A stretch of 64,000 nucleotides of DNA, taken from contig URHR01000001.1 of assembly GCA_900547725.1 (NCBI GenBank), positions 19,894 through 83,893 of the forward strand, written 5' to 3'. Source of the DNA: an uncultured Eubacteriales bacterium (GTDB lineage: Bacteria; Bacillota; Clostridia; Oscillospirales; CAG-272). The position numbers were made by a program, and so were the translations under genes. Position 1 is the first letter of the stretch. Each line of letters starts with the position of its first letter. Below, piece by piece: positions 45,581 through 54,116 of the stretch. The notes beneath the pieces are model-generated. The model saw only the letters and a program-made list of their open reading frames with translations. It did no database searches and was not told the origin of the DNA.

Positions 45581-46417
45581 TCAGCTGCGGCGGAGCAGAC
45601 CTTCCTTTTCCAGGTATTCGCGCAGCATCAGCGGCCAGTCGGTCTGAATCAGGTCAAAGCCGCGTCCGGCAAGCCAGCCCCAGCCGTCGGCGGGATCTCC
45701 GGTCAGGGAGCGGTCGTCGGAATGCCCGGCGCAAAGCTGCTCACGGTAGTTGTAAATAATGGAATTGACCCAGACCAGCTTGCCGTCGCGGTGCATCCGG
45801 TCAAGAAACGGCTCCGATGCGACCTCTGCCGACTCCTCGCGGAACAGAACCTCTGCGCCGATATAGTTGATCCGCCGGTGCATCAGCCGCTCATGCTCCG
45901 GGTGCGTATCCCGGACAACCGGCATGAACGGCAGATCCGGCGCGACCTCCTCCAGCACGGTCAGCACCCTTTCGGAGAGCGAGGACTTCACCACCACGCG
46001 GTCGGTCATTCCGTGCCGGCGGATGGCTTGATAAATTTCCTTCGGGTGTCCCCAGAACTTATCCACATTGATCAGACACCGGCTGCCGAACTGCTCCAGC
46101 ACCGCGTCCAGCGTTGCAACGCCGAACTGCGTCGGAGCCCGGTCGAAGTTGACATACCGCAAGCGGCTGATCTCCTCTGCGGTCATGTACGGCAGGCGTT
46201 CGGCGCACCACAGGTGAACCGGCTCCATACCGGGATGAAAGATGAAGAGCTTTCCGTCCGCACTCATTTCCACATCGATCTCAATCATGTCGGCTCCCTG
46301 CCGCAGTGCGATCTCATACGCCGCCAGCGTGTTGCACGGGATATTTCCGCCCGATACACCGCGGTGTGCCACAATCAGGCGGCGTTCTGCTGCCGCTTCC
46401 GATAAGCTGTTCTGCAT
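45581..46417 (-). CDS. Glycerophosphodiester phosphodiesterase (GDPD) family, cytoplasmic
   Basis: LIVAHRGVSGGNIPCNTLAAYEIALRQGADMIEIDVEMSADGKLFIFH. Start at MQNSL with a GAAGGA RBS. Confidence 0.85.
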   Translation of the reverse strand: MQNSLSEAAAERRLIVAHRGVSGGNIPCNTLAAYEIALRQGADMIEIDVEMSADGKLFIFHPGMEPVHLWCAERLPYMTAEEISRLRYVNFDRAPTQFGVATLDAVLEQFGSRCLINVDKFWGHPKEIYQAIRRHGMTDRVVVKSSLSERVLTVLEEVAPDLPFMPVVRDTHPEHERLMHRRINYIGAEVLFREESAEVASEPFLDRMHRDGKLVWVNSIIYNYREQLCAGHSDDRSLTGDPADGWGWLAGRGFDLIQTDWPLMLREYLEKEGLLRRS

Positions 46418-46461
46418 GGTTTGTCCTTCTTTCCTGTTTGAGTGATTGATTCCCGGAGCTC

Positions 46462-47628
46462 TCAGATCCGGTCGCACGGGCGGTTGTGGAACGGCAGCGG
46501 GAACCACGCCGAAGCCGGCTGGGACAGCGGCTTTCCGGGAATTCCGCAGGGAGACGGCAGTCCGAGCAGCAGGCGGGTCGCCTCCTCCCCGGTCAGAACC
46601 GTTCCGGCGATCCCCTCCGTCCGTGTCACCTGCACCGTCCCGTCCACCGTTACGGTCAGCGTCCCGTATCCGTCAACGGCAAAGCGGACGATGCCGGGAA
46701 GCAGCGGAAAATGCTCCGCCCGTGCGCGCAGACCTGCCTCGATCAGTCCCCGATAGTCAAAAATACGGTAGCGCTCCCGCCCGGACAGCTTTGCGGCAGT
46801 CGCAATCGGCAGCAAAAGCGCCAGCTTTCCGGTCTCCGCCGGCGCAATGCCGTAGAGCAGCAGGGAGGATCTGCCCACCTCATTGAAGAATGCGTGCAGC
46901 GCGTGCGGCAGGAATGCGGGATCTTCCAGCTCCAGCTCACTGACGGCGTCCAGCCCGGAATCCGCGCACAGATACCCTACCGTTTTTCCTGCCCGCAGGA
47001 TCCGGTACGGTCTGCGCTTTCCGGAGCGCAGAGTCGGAAGGAAATCCGCCTCCGTCCGCGCGGCATGAACCGGCGTCCGGTCATACAGCGACAGAAACAA
47101 CCGGATTTCCTCCGGGGCAGCGTCACCGGACAGCTCCGCGACCGCGAAATCAAGCGCCGGGAAGGGCAGGCAGTCATCCCGGCTGAAGGTCAGCTCCATG
47201 CCGTAGCCACCGGTCGAATAGCCGAAATGCGCATACCGGGAGCGTTTGCCCCCCAGTTCCCCGACTGTAACGCCCCGATCTTCCATTTCGGCGTTCAGAC
47301 GGGTCATCAGCTCGCGCATGATGCCGCGACTCCGGTATTCCTGTAACACGCCGACCGTGCCGACGCCGCCGACCTGTACCGTCTGCCCGAACATCCGGAC
47401 CGGATGGACACGCAATGCGGCAAGCCCGACCAGACGGTCTCCGTCAAACGCCAGCAGATGCGGCGGCATGACATCGGCGCTCCCGTAAAGCTTCGGCTGA
47501 AGCGTGCGAAAATAGGAGCGGTCGTAAACCTCCGTACCGTCTTCATTGACGCGGAGCGAAAAAATGCGGTTTGCGGTATCCAGGATCCGGTCGAAATCCG
47601 CCGCAGTTGACCAGCGATAAGTGATCAT
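46462..47628 (-). CDS. GNAT N-acetyltransferase, Eis-like (with a C-terminal SCP2-like region)
   Basis: VGGVGTVGVLQEYRSRGIMRELMTRLNAEMEDRGVTVGELGGKRSRYAHFGY. RBS AAGGAG. Confidence 0.8.
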   Translation of the reverse strand: MITYRWSTAADFDRILDTANRIFSLRVNEDGTEVYDRSYFRTLQPKLYGSADVMPPHLLAFDGDRLVGLAALRVHPVRMFGQTVQVGGVGTVGVLQEYRSRGIMRELMTRLNAEMEDRGVTVGELGGKRSRYAHFGYSTGGYGMELTFSRDDCLPFPALDFAVAELSGDAAPEEIRLFLSLYDRTPVHAARTEADFLPTLRSGKRRPYRILRAGKTVGYLCADSGLDAVSELELEDPAFLPHALHAFFNEVGRSSLLLYGIAPAETGKLALLLPIATAAKLSGRERYRIFDYRGLIEAGLRARAEHFPLLPGIVRFAVDGYGTLTVTVDGTVQVTRTEGIAGTVLTGEEATRLLLGLPSPCGIPGKPLSQPASAWFPLPFHNRPCDRI

Positions 47629-47739
47629 AGCAATCTCCTTGCAACAAAATCATTCCGTTCTGCGAAAAAGGGACTCCCCATCATTATAGCACAAAGCAGG
47701 CGGAATGTAAAGTGGTTTTTCGGCTTTTCCGGTGCGGGT

Positions 47740-49383
47740 TTACCCGGCAAAATCATAGGTTATCAGAATCGGACAATGATCCGACGGCGCCTCACCGTCA
47801 ATCAGGCTGTCATCCACCGTATAGCGGGTGACAAGAAAATCCTCGCCGGTGAGGAAGAAATAGTCGATCACCGAGGTCCGGAAGGTCGGCTTCCGGTCAG
47901 CCTCCAGCGCCACATCGGACGCAGTCACGAAGCCGGATTCCATCAGATGCCGGACGGACGGCTCGGAGGCAATTTCGTTGAAATCCCCGCTGATGACCGT
48001 CGGAACACCGGCATATTTCTCAAGGAACGCGGTCAGCGCCTGCACCTGCGCCAGACGGACTGCCGGATCCTTGGCGTGGTCGGTGTGCGTGTTGACGCAC
48101 AGAAACCGCTTCCCATCCGTCCGGCGCCGCAGGATCGCATAGGTGAATATCCGGTTGCAGATGGACCCGTCCACGCGCGAAACGGTGTCCGGCGTCCCGG
48201 TCAGCCACCGGGTTCCGCTTTCCTCCACCTCAAAAAGCGCACGCCGGTAAAAGATTGCGCTGTGCTCCCCGCTTCCGCCGGCGTCCCGTCCGACACCGAC
48301 CGAGGCGTATTCCGTCCCCAGACCGTCGCGCAGTGCCGCCATCCACTCCTCGCTTGCCTCCTGTACGCCGAGCGTATCGGGCAGATGCTTCCGGATCATG
48401 GTCAGCACCCGTCCCACGCGCGCTTCGGTCATGTTGTGGACCAGCAGATTAAAGCTCATGGACCGGATGGAGGTATCCTCGCAGGAAACCGCTCCGTCCC
48501 GCACGTCCAATGCCGCATTTCCCTCCGCCGTCCTCAGTGCCTCCAGCAGACGGTTCACCGCACGGTAAAGCTGCGGGATATCGCTCCCGTACAGAAGCAC
48601 ATCCCCTCCCGCTGCGCCGGCATAAAAGCAGGGCGATGCAGGCAGGTTCTCCGGAAGGACACCGACAGAGCCGATCCGAATGCACGGTCCGGCAGGCTGA
48701 GCTGCCCCTGCGGCGGCGGTCGGCAGAAGATAACCGGTCCGCTCACGGATCACATTCCCCAAGCGCTCTGCCAGCGTCCGGCAGGCGGGACGGTTCTCAT
48801 AGATCAGCGTGTAGGCTCCGAGATCGGTTCCGTTCAGCGAAACCTCCGACACTGCGTAATCTCCCTTCACAAAACGCTCCGCTTCCGGCAGGAAGAAGGA
48901 CTCCGCCCCCGCCGGCGGAAGCAACCCGGAAAACGCACGCACCGCCGCCAGTACGCTTTCATGCGACAGCCCTGCCAGCACCACTTTTTTGCCGCACAGC
49001 CGGATGATGTAGTCCCGGTCGCGGTGCAACTCCGCGCAGACCGCCCGGCTCTCCGGTCGGTTGGTGGCGCCGACCAGAATTTCGTACTCCCCTACCGCGT
49101 GTGCCGAATCGTTTTCCCGGACAAAATCATTCCGGACAGGAAGGGTCGCACCGAATCGCTCCCGCAGGGTATTCCGCAGGGTCTGTAACTCCCGGTACAG
49201 TGCCTCGTTCAGCTCTTCCTCGGCATAAACGATCGAATACGATGCCAGCGCAGTGACCGGCAGGGACCGATCCGCCGCAGAGCCGGTCGTATCGGCATTC
49301 TCTGCCGGTTTGCCTGTTCCGCAGCCGGCAAGCAATACCGCCGCCAGCAGGAACAGAGAAATCCGTTTCCATGTTCTTTTCAT
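47740..49383 (-). CDS. Lipoprotein with two N-terminal alpha/beta modules and an EEP-fold hydrolase domain
   Basis: Lipobox LLAAVLLAGC. N-module motif EILVGATNRPES. EEP motifs MSFNLLVHN, TLGVQEASEEW, ISGDFNE, PSDHCPILITY. Confidence 0.85.
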   Translation of the reverse strand: MKRTWKRISLFLLAAVLLAGCGTGKPAENADTTGSAADRSLPVTALASYSIVYAEEELNEALYRELQTLRNTLRERFGATLPVRNDFVRENDSAHAVGEYEILVGATNRPESRAVCAELHRDRDYIIRLCGKKVVLAGLSHESVLAAVRAFSGLLPPAGAESFFLPEAERFVKGDYAVSEVSLNGTDLGAYTLIYENRPACRTLAERLGNVIRERTGYLLPTAAAGAAQPAGPCIRIGSVGVLPENLPASPCFYAGAAGGDVLLYGSDIPQLYRAVNRLLEALRTAEGNAALDVRDGAVSCEDTSIRSMSFNLLVHNMTEARVGRVLTMIRKHLPDTLGVQEASEEWMAALRDGLGTEYASVGVGRDAGGSGEHSAIFYRRALFEVEESGTRWLTGTPDTVSRVDGSICNRIFTYAILRRRTDGKRFLCVNTHTDHAKDPAVRLAQVQALTAFLEKYAGVPTVISGDFNEIASEPSVRHLMESGFVTASDVALEADRKPTFRTSVIDYFFLTGEDFLVTRYTVDDSLIDGEAPSDHCPILITYDFAG

Positions 49384-49424
49384 AGTAGCCTCATCTGTGT
49401 GTTTTTTACCTCTGTAATCCGGAA

Positions 49425-49462
49425 AGACCGCTGTGTCCGCGTTTCCGGGAACACAGCGGTCT
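49425..49462 (-). terminator. Hairpin downstream of the 49472 gene (weak terminator candidate)
   Basis: A 12-bp stem AGACCGCTGTGT / ACACAGCGGTCT. The U-tract is poor. Confidence 0.35.
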
Positions 49463-49471
49463 GATGCAGGA

Positions 49472-51943
49472 TCAGTCTTTCCGACGTTTCTTCACCAATC
49501 CCCCGGCAAGTGCACCGGACAGCAGGATTGCCATGATCGCCCAGCCGGCGTCAGCGCTCGACTGACAGCCGCGCGACTCCTTCCCGGACGTGCCGGAAGT
49601 CGGCTCCTCAGTCTTTCCGCCGGTCGGTGCTTCCGTGGTCGGCTTCTCAGAGGTCGGTTTCTCCGAGGTCGGAGGCTCCGGGGTCGGAGGCTGTGGCTGC
49701 TCCGGCTCATCCTTTGCAACGGCGTCTGCGGAGACATTCTGCACCAACGCATTTGCCTCACCCGGCCAGATCAGCCCGCTCTCGGCGTAATCGTCCGGCG
49801 TTTCGGCAATCACCGCCACGGAGGAGATTGCCAGGTTGGTGCCTCTTCCAACCATGAAGCCGAAGAAGGAATTGCTGGTGGAAATGGTGTTGCTACCCTT
49901 AATCCAAACGACCGTCTGACCTTCACAGGTTGCAATGATGCGGTAGGTTTCCCGCTCCATTGCGGAGTAAGTGAATGTAACCTCTTTTCCGGCTCTGACC
50001 GCTTCCCAGAATGCTTTTACGGTTTCTTCTTCCATGGTGGTCGTGCAGTTGTCCAACTCACCATTGTAACGGAAACAGGTGTTTGTTTCTCCACTGGTCT
50101 TTCCGTCCTCACCGATGGTGTTGGACTGAACGAAAACAAAGTAGGAGGGGGAGGGCTCCACGAAGCGGAACCGGATCTGCACGGTAAAGTTCTGAATGTT
50201 CTTCGGAATACCGTTCCCGGTCAGCATAACCTTTACACCGTCGCCGGAGTTGGTTTTCACACGCAGCTCGCCGTCCTTGATCATAAAGGCGTCCGGCTCG
50301 GCATCGTTGGTTACGAAATAACCGGTCTTCGAAAAATCTGTCACCTTGGCAAAGTCCATGTAATGCAGGACATACCCCGCCTTGTATTTGGTATCGGCGG
50401 TGTCGCTGTAAGCCAGCTCCGGCTCGGCGGGCTGCTTGCGGTTCGGGGTCAGGATGTTTTCCAGGGGCTCTTCCGGCTTCGGCGGATCGATCTCACCGCG
50501 GACGCCGGAGATACGCATGGACCGCAGGACCGCCGCGCTGGAGCTGCCGCCGTCACAGCGGAAGGACAGCGTCATGCTCTTCGGATCCACCGTCAGTCCC
50601 TTTGCCGCATTCGTGTAGGTAACGGTTTTGTCGCCAAAGGTTACGCTGAAGGTGTTCATCTTCCCGTTTTTGACGTAGAACCGATAGGTCAGAAATTCGC
50701 CGTCCGCGATGGCGGCATTCAGCGCCTTGGCGTTCGTCTTGTTCGCATCGTCATCGGTTGCGGCAAAATCCGCCCAGGAATACAGGTCATCCGATTTGAA
50801 AACCAGCACGCTGTAGTTTTCTCCCTCCACCCGTTTGGTGAAGCACCACTGATCCGTGTGTGCGTCCGGGTCAAACCCGAAGCCGTAAACCAGATAGTTA
50901 TTCTTCTTATTCCCCTGCGCAATTGCCATGGTATACTCGTAGACATACTCGCTGTAGCCGGTCATATCGTTCAGAGCAACATACGCACTGACATGATCGC
51001 TCCAGGAGCCGACTGCCAAGCCTTTGTCGGTCAGTGCCTGATAGTTTTTGCCGCGATAGGTGTTCTGCAGGCGTTCGATAACCTCGATTCCAAGCGCCTC
51101 TGCCAGGTCAGCTGCCGGCGTTTCGGCGGTCAGCTGTTTTTCTGTCCAGATGGATTTGTAATCCTTTTCGACCAAAGCCGCTGTCGCATCCTTTTCGGTT
51201 ACGGTCAGCTTTTCCAGCGTCACCGCCAGCACCTGATCGCCGTCGGCACGGCAGGCAAGCGTGAACTTTCCCTTTTGGGCGCTGATCTGCGATGCCGGAT
51301 CGGTGTTTGCGTAGGTCACGGTAACATCTCCGCAGGAGACGATCACCTTTGCCAGCTTACCGCCCTCAACGACAAAGCGGTAGGATGCAACCTTCTTTTC
51401 GTTGCGGATTGCGGTTTTCAGTGCCTTCGCGTTGTCGGCATTGTCGAATGCGTAGCCGGCATTGAAAACCATCTGATCGCCGCTGAAACGGAAGTTGGTG
51501 CCGTCATTGACGATCTCCCACGCGCCGTCCCCGTTTTTGTCATTTGCAAAGCCGAAAAAGAGGTAGCAGTTGTCTCCGGAAGCATCGAACTTCATGGCTG
51601 CTTCCACCGTGTAATCGGTTTTCTCCGCCAGGGATGTTCCAAGGCTCACGCCGTGTGCGCGGAAGTTGACCGAGGAGAAGGTCAGTCCGTCCGCCGTCAG
51701 AACGGCTTTTGCCTTCTGATACTTCACCGAGGTTTTGTCCGCAACACCGATGCCGAGATTCTCCAGCCCGTTTGCATCGGTCGGCTGTGTCAGGTTCAGA
51801 TCCTGATATTTCTTTGCGAAATCAATGTTTGCAACTTCGACCGGTTCGCCGCTCGTTTCCGTTCCGTCCGCCAGAACCGGCAGGGACAGGAAGCAGGACG
51901 ACAACAGCAGGACAGCGATAAGGACAGATACAATGCGTTTCAT
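49472..51943 (-). CDS. 823-aa secreted multi-module lectin-like protein with a Pro/Thr linker and a C-terminal TM anchor
   Basis: Signal peptide MKRIVSVLIAVLLLSSCFLSLPVLADG. Internally repeated modules of about 190 aa. Linker PQPPTPEPPTSEKPTSEKPTTEAPT. The tail is AGWAIMAILLSGALAGGLVKKRRKD with no LPXTG. Confidence 0.8.
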   Translation of the reverse strand: MKRIVSVLIAVLLLSSCFLSLPVLADGTETSGEPVEVANIDFAKKYQDLNLTQPTDANGLENLGIGVADKTSVKYQKAKAVLTADGLTFSSVNFRAHGVSLGTSLAEKTDYTVEAAMKFDASGDNCYLFFGFANDKNGDGAWEIVNDGTNFRFSGDQMVFNAGYAFDNADNAKALKTAIRNEKKVASYRFVVEGGKLAKVIVSCGDVTVTYANTDPASQISAQKGKFTLACRADGDQVLAVTLEKLTVTEKDATAALVEKDYKSIWTEKQLTAETPAADLAEALGIEVIERLQNTYRGKNYQALTDKGLAVGSWSDHVSAYVALNDMTGYSEYVYEYTMAIAQGNKKNNYLVYGFGFDPDAHTDQWCFTKRVEGENYSVLVFKSDDLYSWADFAATDDDANKTNAKALNAAIADGEFLTYRFYVKNGKMNTFSVTFGDKTVTYTNAAKGLTVDPKSMTLSFRCDGGSSSAAVLRSMRISGVRGEIDPPKPEEPLENILTPNRKQPAEPELAYSDTADTKYKAGYVLHYMDFAKVTDFSKTGYFVTNDAEPDAFMIKDGELRVKTNSGDGVKVMLTGNGIPKNIQNFTVQIRFRFVEPSPSYFVFVQSNTIGEDGKTSGETNTCFRYNGELDNCTTTMEEETVKAFWEAVRAGKEVTFTYSAMERETYRIIATCEGQTVVWIKGSNTISTSNSFFGFMVGRGTNLAISSVAVIAETPDDYAESGLIWPGEANALVQNVSADAVAKDEPEQPQPPTPEPPTSEKPTSEKPTTEAPTGGKTEEPTSGTSGKESRGCQSSADAGWAIMAILLSGALAGGLVKKRRKD

Positions 51944-52019
51944 AGTTTGTTTCCTTCCTTCATTTTACAGATTTCAGGGTACGGGGTAACGCGTTCACTT
52001 TCCGCTTCTCTCACCTCCT

Positions 52020-54104
52020 CTAAGAGAATTGTCTGACGTAATCCGGCGCGGAGCCGACCTTGTGCGGCAGAGGCAGAATCATGACCGATTCGTCCTCCAT
52101 CAGCAGGTTTTCCCGGACGCTCTTCACGTCGAAATGGTTCCTGGGGCTGTTCCAAAGCCCCTCCTTCATCACAGTCGCATACGGACTGGTCCACAGTGCC
52201 GTATCCGCCGCAATTTTCAGATACATCTGCGTATTCCCGCCGTTGTAGCCGTGGTGTGCCACCTGAACAATATCGCTTTTCAGGGTGTTTCCGTACATCC
52301 GGTAGACAATGGTGGATGCATCGTCATGCGCATCGTTCAGAAAGACAATCCGCTGTCCGCCCAGCGTAACGGTGTAGATCAGGGACGAGGAGTTGGTCAC
52401 CTTCATCACTGCGGGAGACAGGTCCTCGTGCGTGTAGAGCATATCCACCATTGCATCGCCGAACCACATCAGCTGTCCTGCGTGCGGGATGATCAGCGAA
52501 GCGTTGCTGTAGGTGACCGCGATTGCCTGCTTGGCACGCGTAATCATTTCGGTCATATCCGGCGTCACGTTCGCCGCCTCCACATTTTTGCTGTAGGTCT
52601 CATAGGACGGAATGTTCAGCACAACCGACTCCATCGTCACCTTCTCGCCGTAGTGCTCGGCAAACCCGATGAAGCCGCCGTAGTGATCCACGTGTGCGTG
52701 TGAAAGAATCCATGCGGCAATTACCGGCTTTCCTCCACGCACATTCTGCGCCACCAGCTGTTCGTAGATCGACTTCCAGTTTTTCTCATAGTTGAGTCCC
52801 CCGTCGATGACCAGAAAACGTCCGTCCGACAGCCGGAGGATAAACGCACAGGCGCCGTTGATCTGCGTCAGCTGCGGCGTGGTCACCTTGTCCGTGGAAT
52901 CCGGACTTTGCCTGCCCAGCGTCACGTTTGCCGCAGTCTCCGAAGCAATGCGTGTGATCTGATAGAACTTCGCATAGTTGACGCTGAGCAGGTTGTAGCC
53001 GTCGGTATAGGTGGCAAACAGATTGCCGTTTACCTCCCGCCGGGCATAGCAGGTAAAACCAAGGGTCTCCAGCTTTTCAAGGTACGCGCGGTATTCCTCC
53101 GCCGTTGTGTTGTGATACTGGACATAGTAGGAATTCAGATCCGACCGATTCATCAAATCGTAGCCGGTCTCCCGGTATTGCGGAATGGTTCCGAAGCCCT
53201 CCGCCGCCCGCGTTCCGGTCAGCGCCGGGAAGATAGAGAAGGCGTCTCCCTTTCCACTGGAAATCATATTGCACAGCTCCTTTGTAACATCCGGAAGATA
53301 GCCCGTCAGAGCCACCGAGCCGGAAACGCGGTCAACCTGCAGGGTACGGTCCATAAACAGAGAACGGTTTTCCCGGGAAAGAGACCGGTTGGTGTCCCCG
53401 ACCAGAATCTCCCGCCCGGCACGCGGCTCCAGATCCGTCACCACGGCGGGAGCAAAGCCGAACCGCTCCGAGATGGCATTCCGGATATCCTCCGCGGCGT
53501 TTTTCGCCTCGGCACTGTCGGCCGCGTAGACAATCCGAAGGTCGCGGTTCTGCGGGGAAAAGATCTCCACGGACGGGTAGCTCTCACTGGTATAGGTATA
53601 TTCGTGCGGCAGCGTCAGCCCGCCGTCCTGCGATTCGCAGACCGTCAGCAGCTGCTTTACGGCAAGCGGATACAGGGCATCATCTGCGGCAACAATCACC
53701 GCCTGACCGTCCGCAATCCGTATGGAAAATCCGTGCTCCGGCACTCCCTGCCCGACCTGCGCCGAGGCTTCAAACGAGGTCTCCCCCATGAGGATCATCG
53801 GACTGCCGTCCTGCCGGACCAGCGAATCGGCGCCTGCCTTCAGGGACACGCCGCAAAGGACACGGATCCGCGTCTGCAGTTCCGTCACCGCATTCCCAAG
53901 GCACGCACTTGCCCGGAGCGGATAGACCAGCCGTCCGACCGATTCCCCGTCCCGAATCAACGTCATGCGTGCATTCTGCTCTGCGGTTGTCTCCGTTGTT
54001 CCGGTGTCAGGCTGCTTTGGTTTGCCGGTGCAGGACGCGGTCGCCGACAGACACAGCAGCATCGCCCCCGCCGCAGCGCATAGCCTGAGTGTTCGCAGCT
54101 TCAT
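52020..54104 (-). CDS. Lipoprotein with two N-terminal alpha/beta modules and a metallo-beta-lactamase-fold (ComEC-like) hydrolase domain
   Basis: Lipobox LLCLSATASC. N-module motif REILVGDTNRSLS. MBL motifs LSHAHVDHYGG and QVAHHGYNGG. RBS GGGGAGG. Confidence 0.85.
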   Translation of the reverse strand: MKLRTLRLCAAAGAMLLCLSATASCTGKPKQPDTGTTETTAEQNARMTLIRDGESVGRLVYPLRASACLGNAVTELQTRIRVLCGVSLKAGADSLVRQDGSPMILMGETSFEASAQVGQGVPEHGFSIRIADGQAVIVAADDALYPLAVKQLLTVCESQDGGLTLPHEYTYTSESYPSVEIFSPQNRDLRIVYAADSAEAKNAAEDIRNAISERFGFAPAVVTDLEPRAGREILVGDTNRSLSRENRSLFMDRTLQVDRVSGSVALTGYLPDVTKELCNMISSGKGDAFSIFPALTGTRAAEGFGTIPQYRETGYDLMNRSDLNSYYVQYHNTTAEEYRAYLEKLETLGFTCYARREVNGNLFATYTDGYNLLSVNYAKFYQITRIASETAANVTLGRQSPDSTDKVTTPQLTQINGACAFILRLSDGRFLVIDGGLNYEKNWKSIYEQLVAQNVRGGKPVIAAWILSHAHVDHYGGFIGFAEHYGEKVTMESVVLNIPSYETYSKNVEAANVTPDMTEMITRAKQAIAVTYSNASLIIPHAGQLMWFGDAMVDMLYTHEDLSPAVMKVTNSSSLIYTVTLGGQRIVFLNDAHDDASTIVYRMYGNTLKSDIVQVAHHGYNGGNTQMYLKIAADTALWTSPYATVMKEGLWNSPRNHFDVKSVRENLLMEDESVMILPLPHKVGSAPDYVRQFS

Positions 54105-54116
54105 ATGTGCCTCCCC

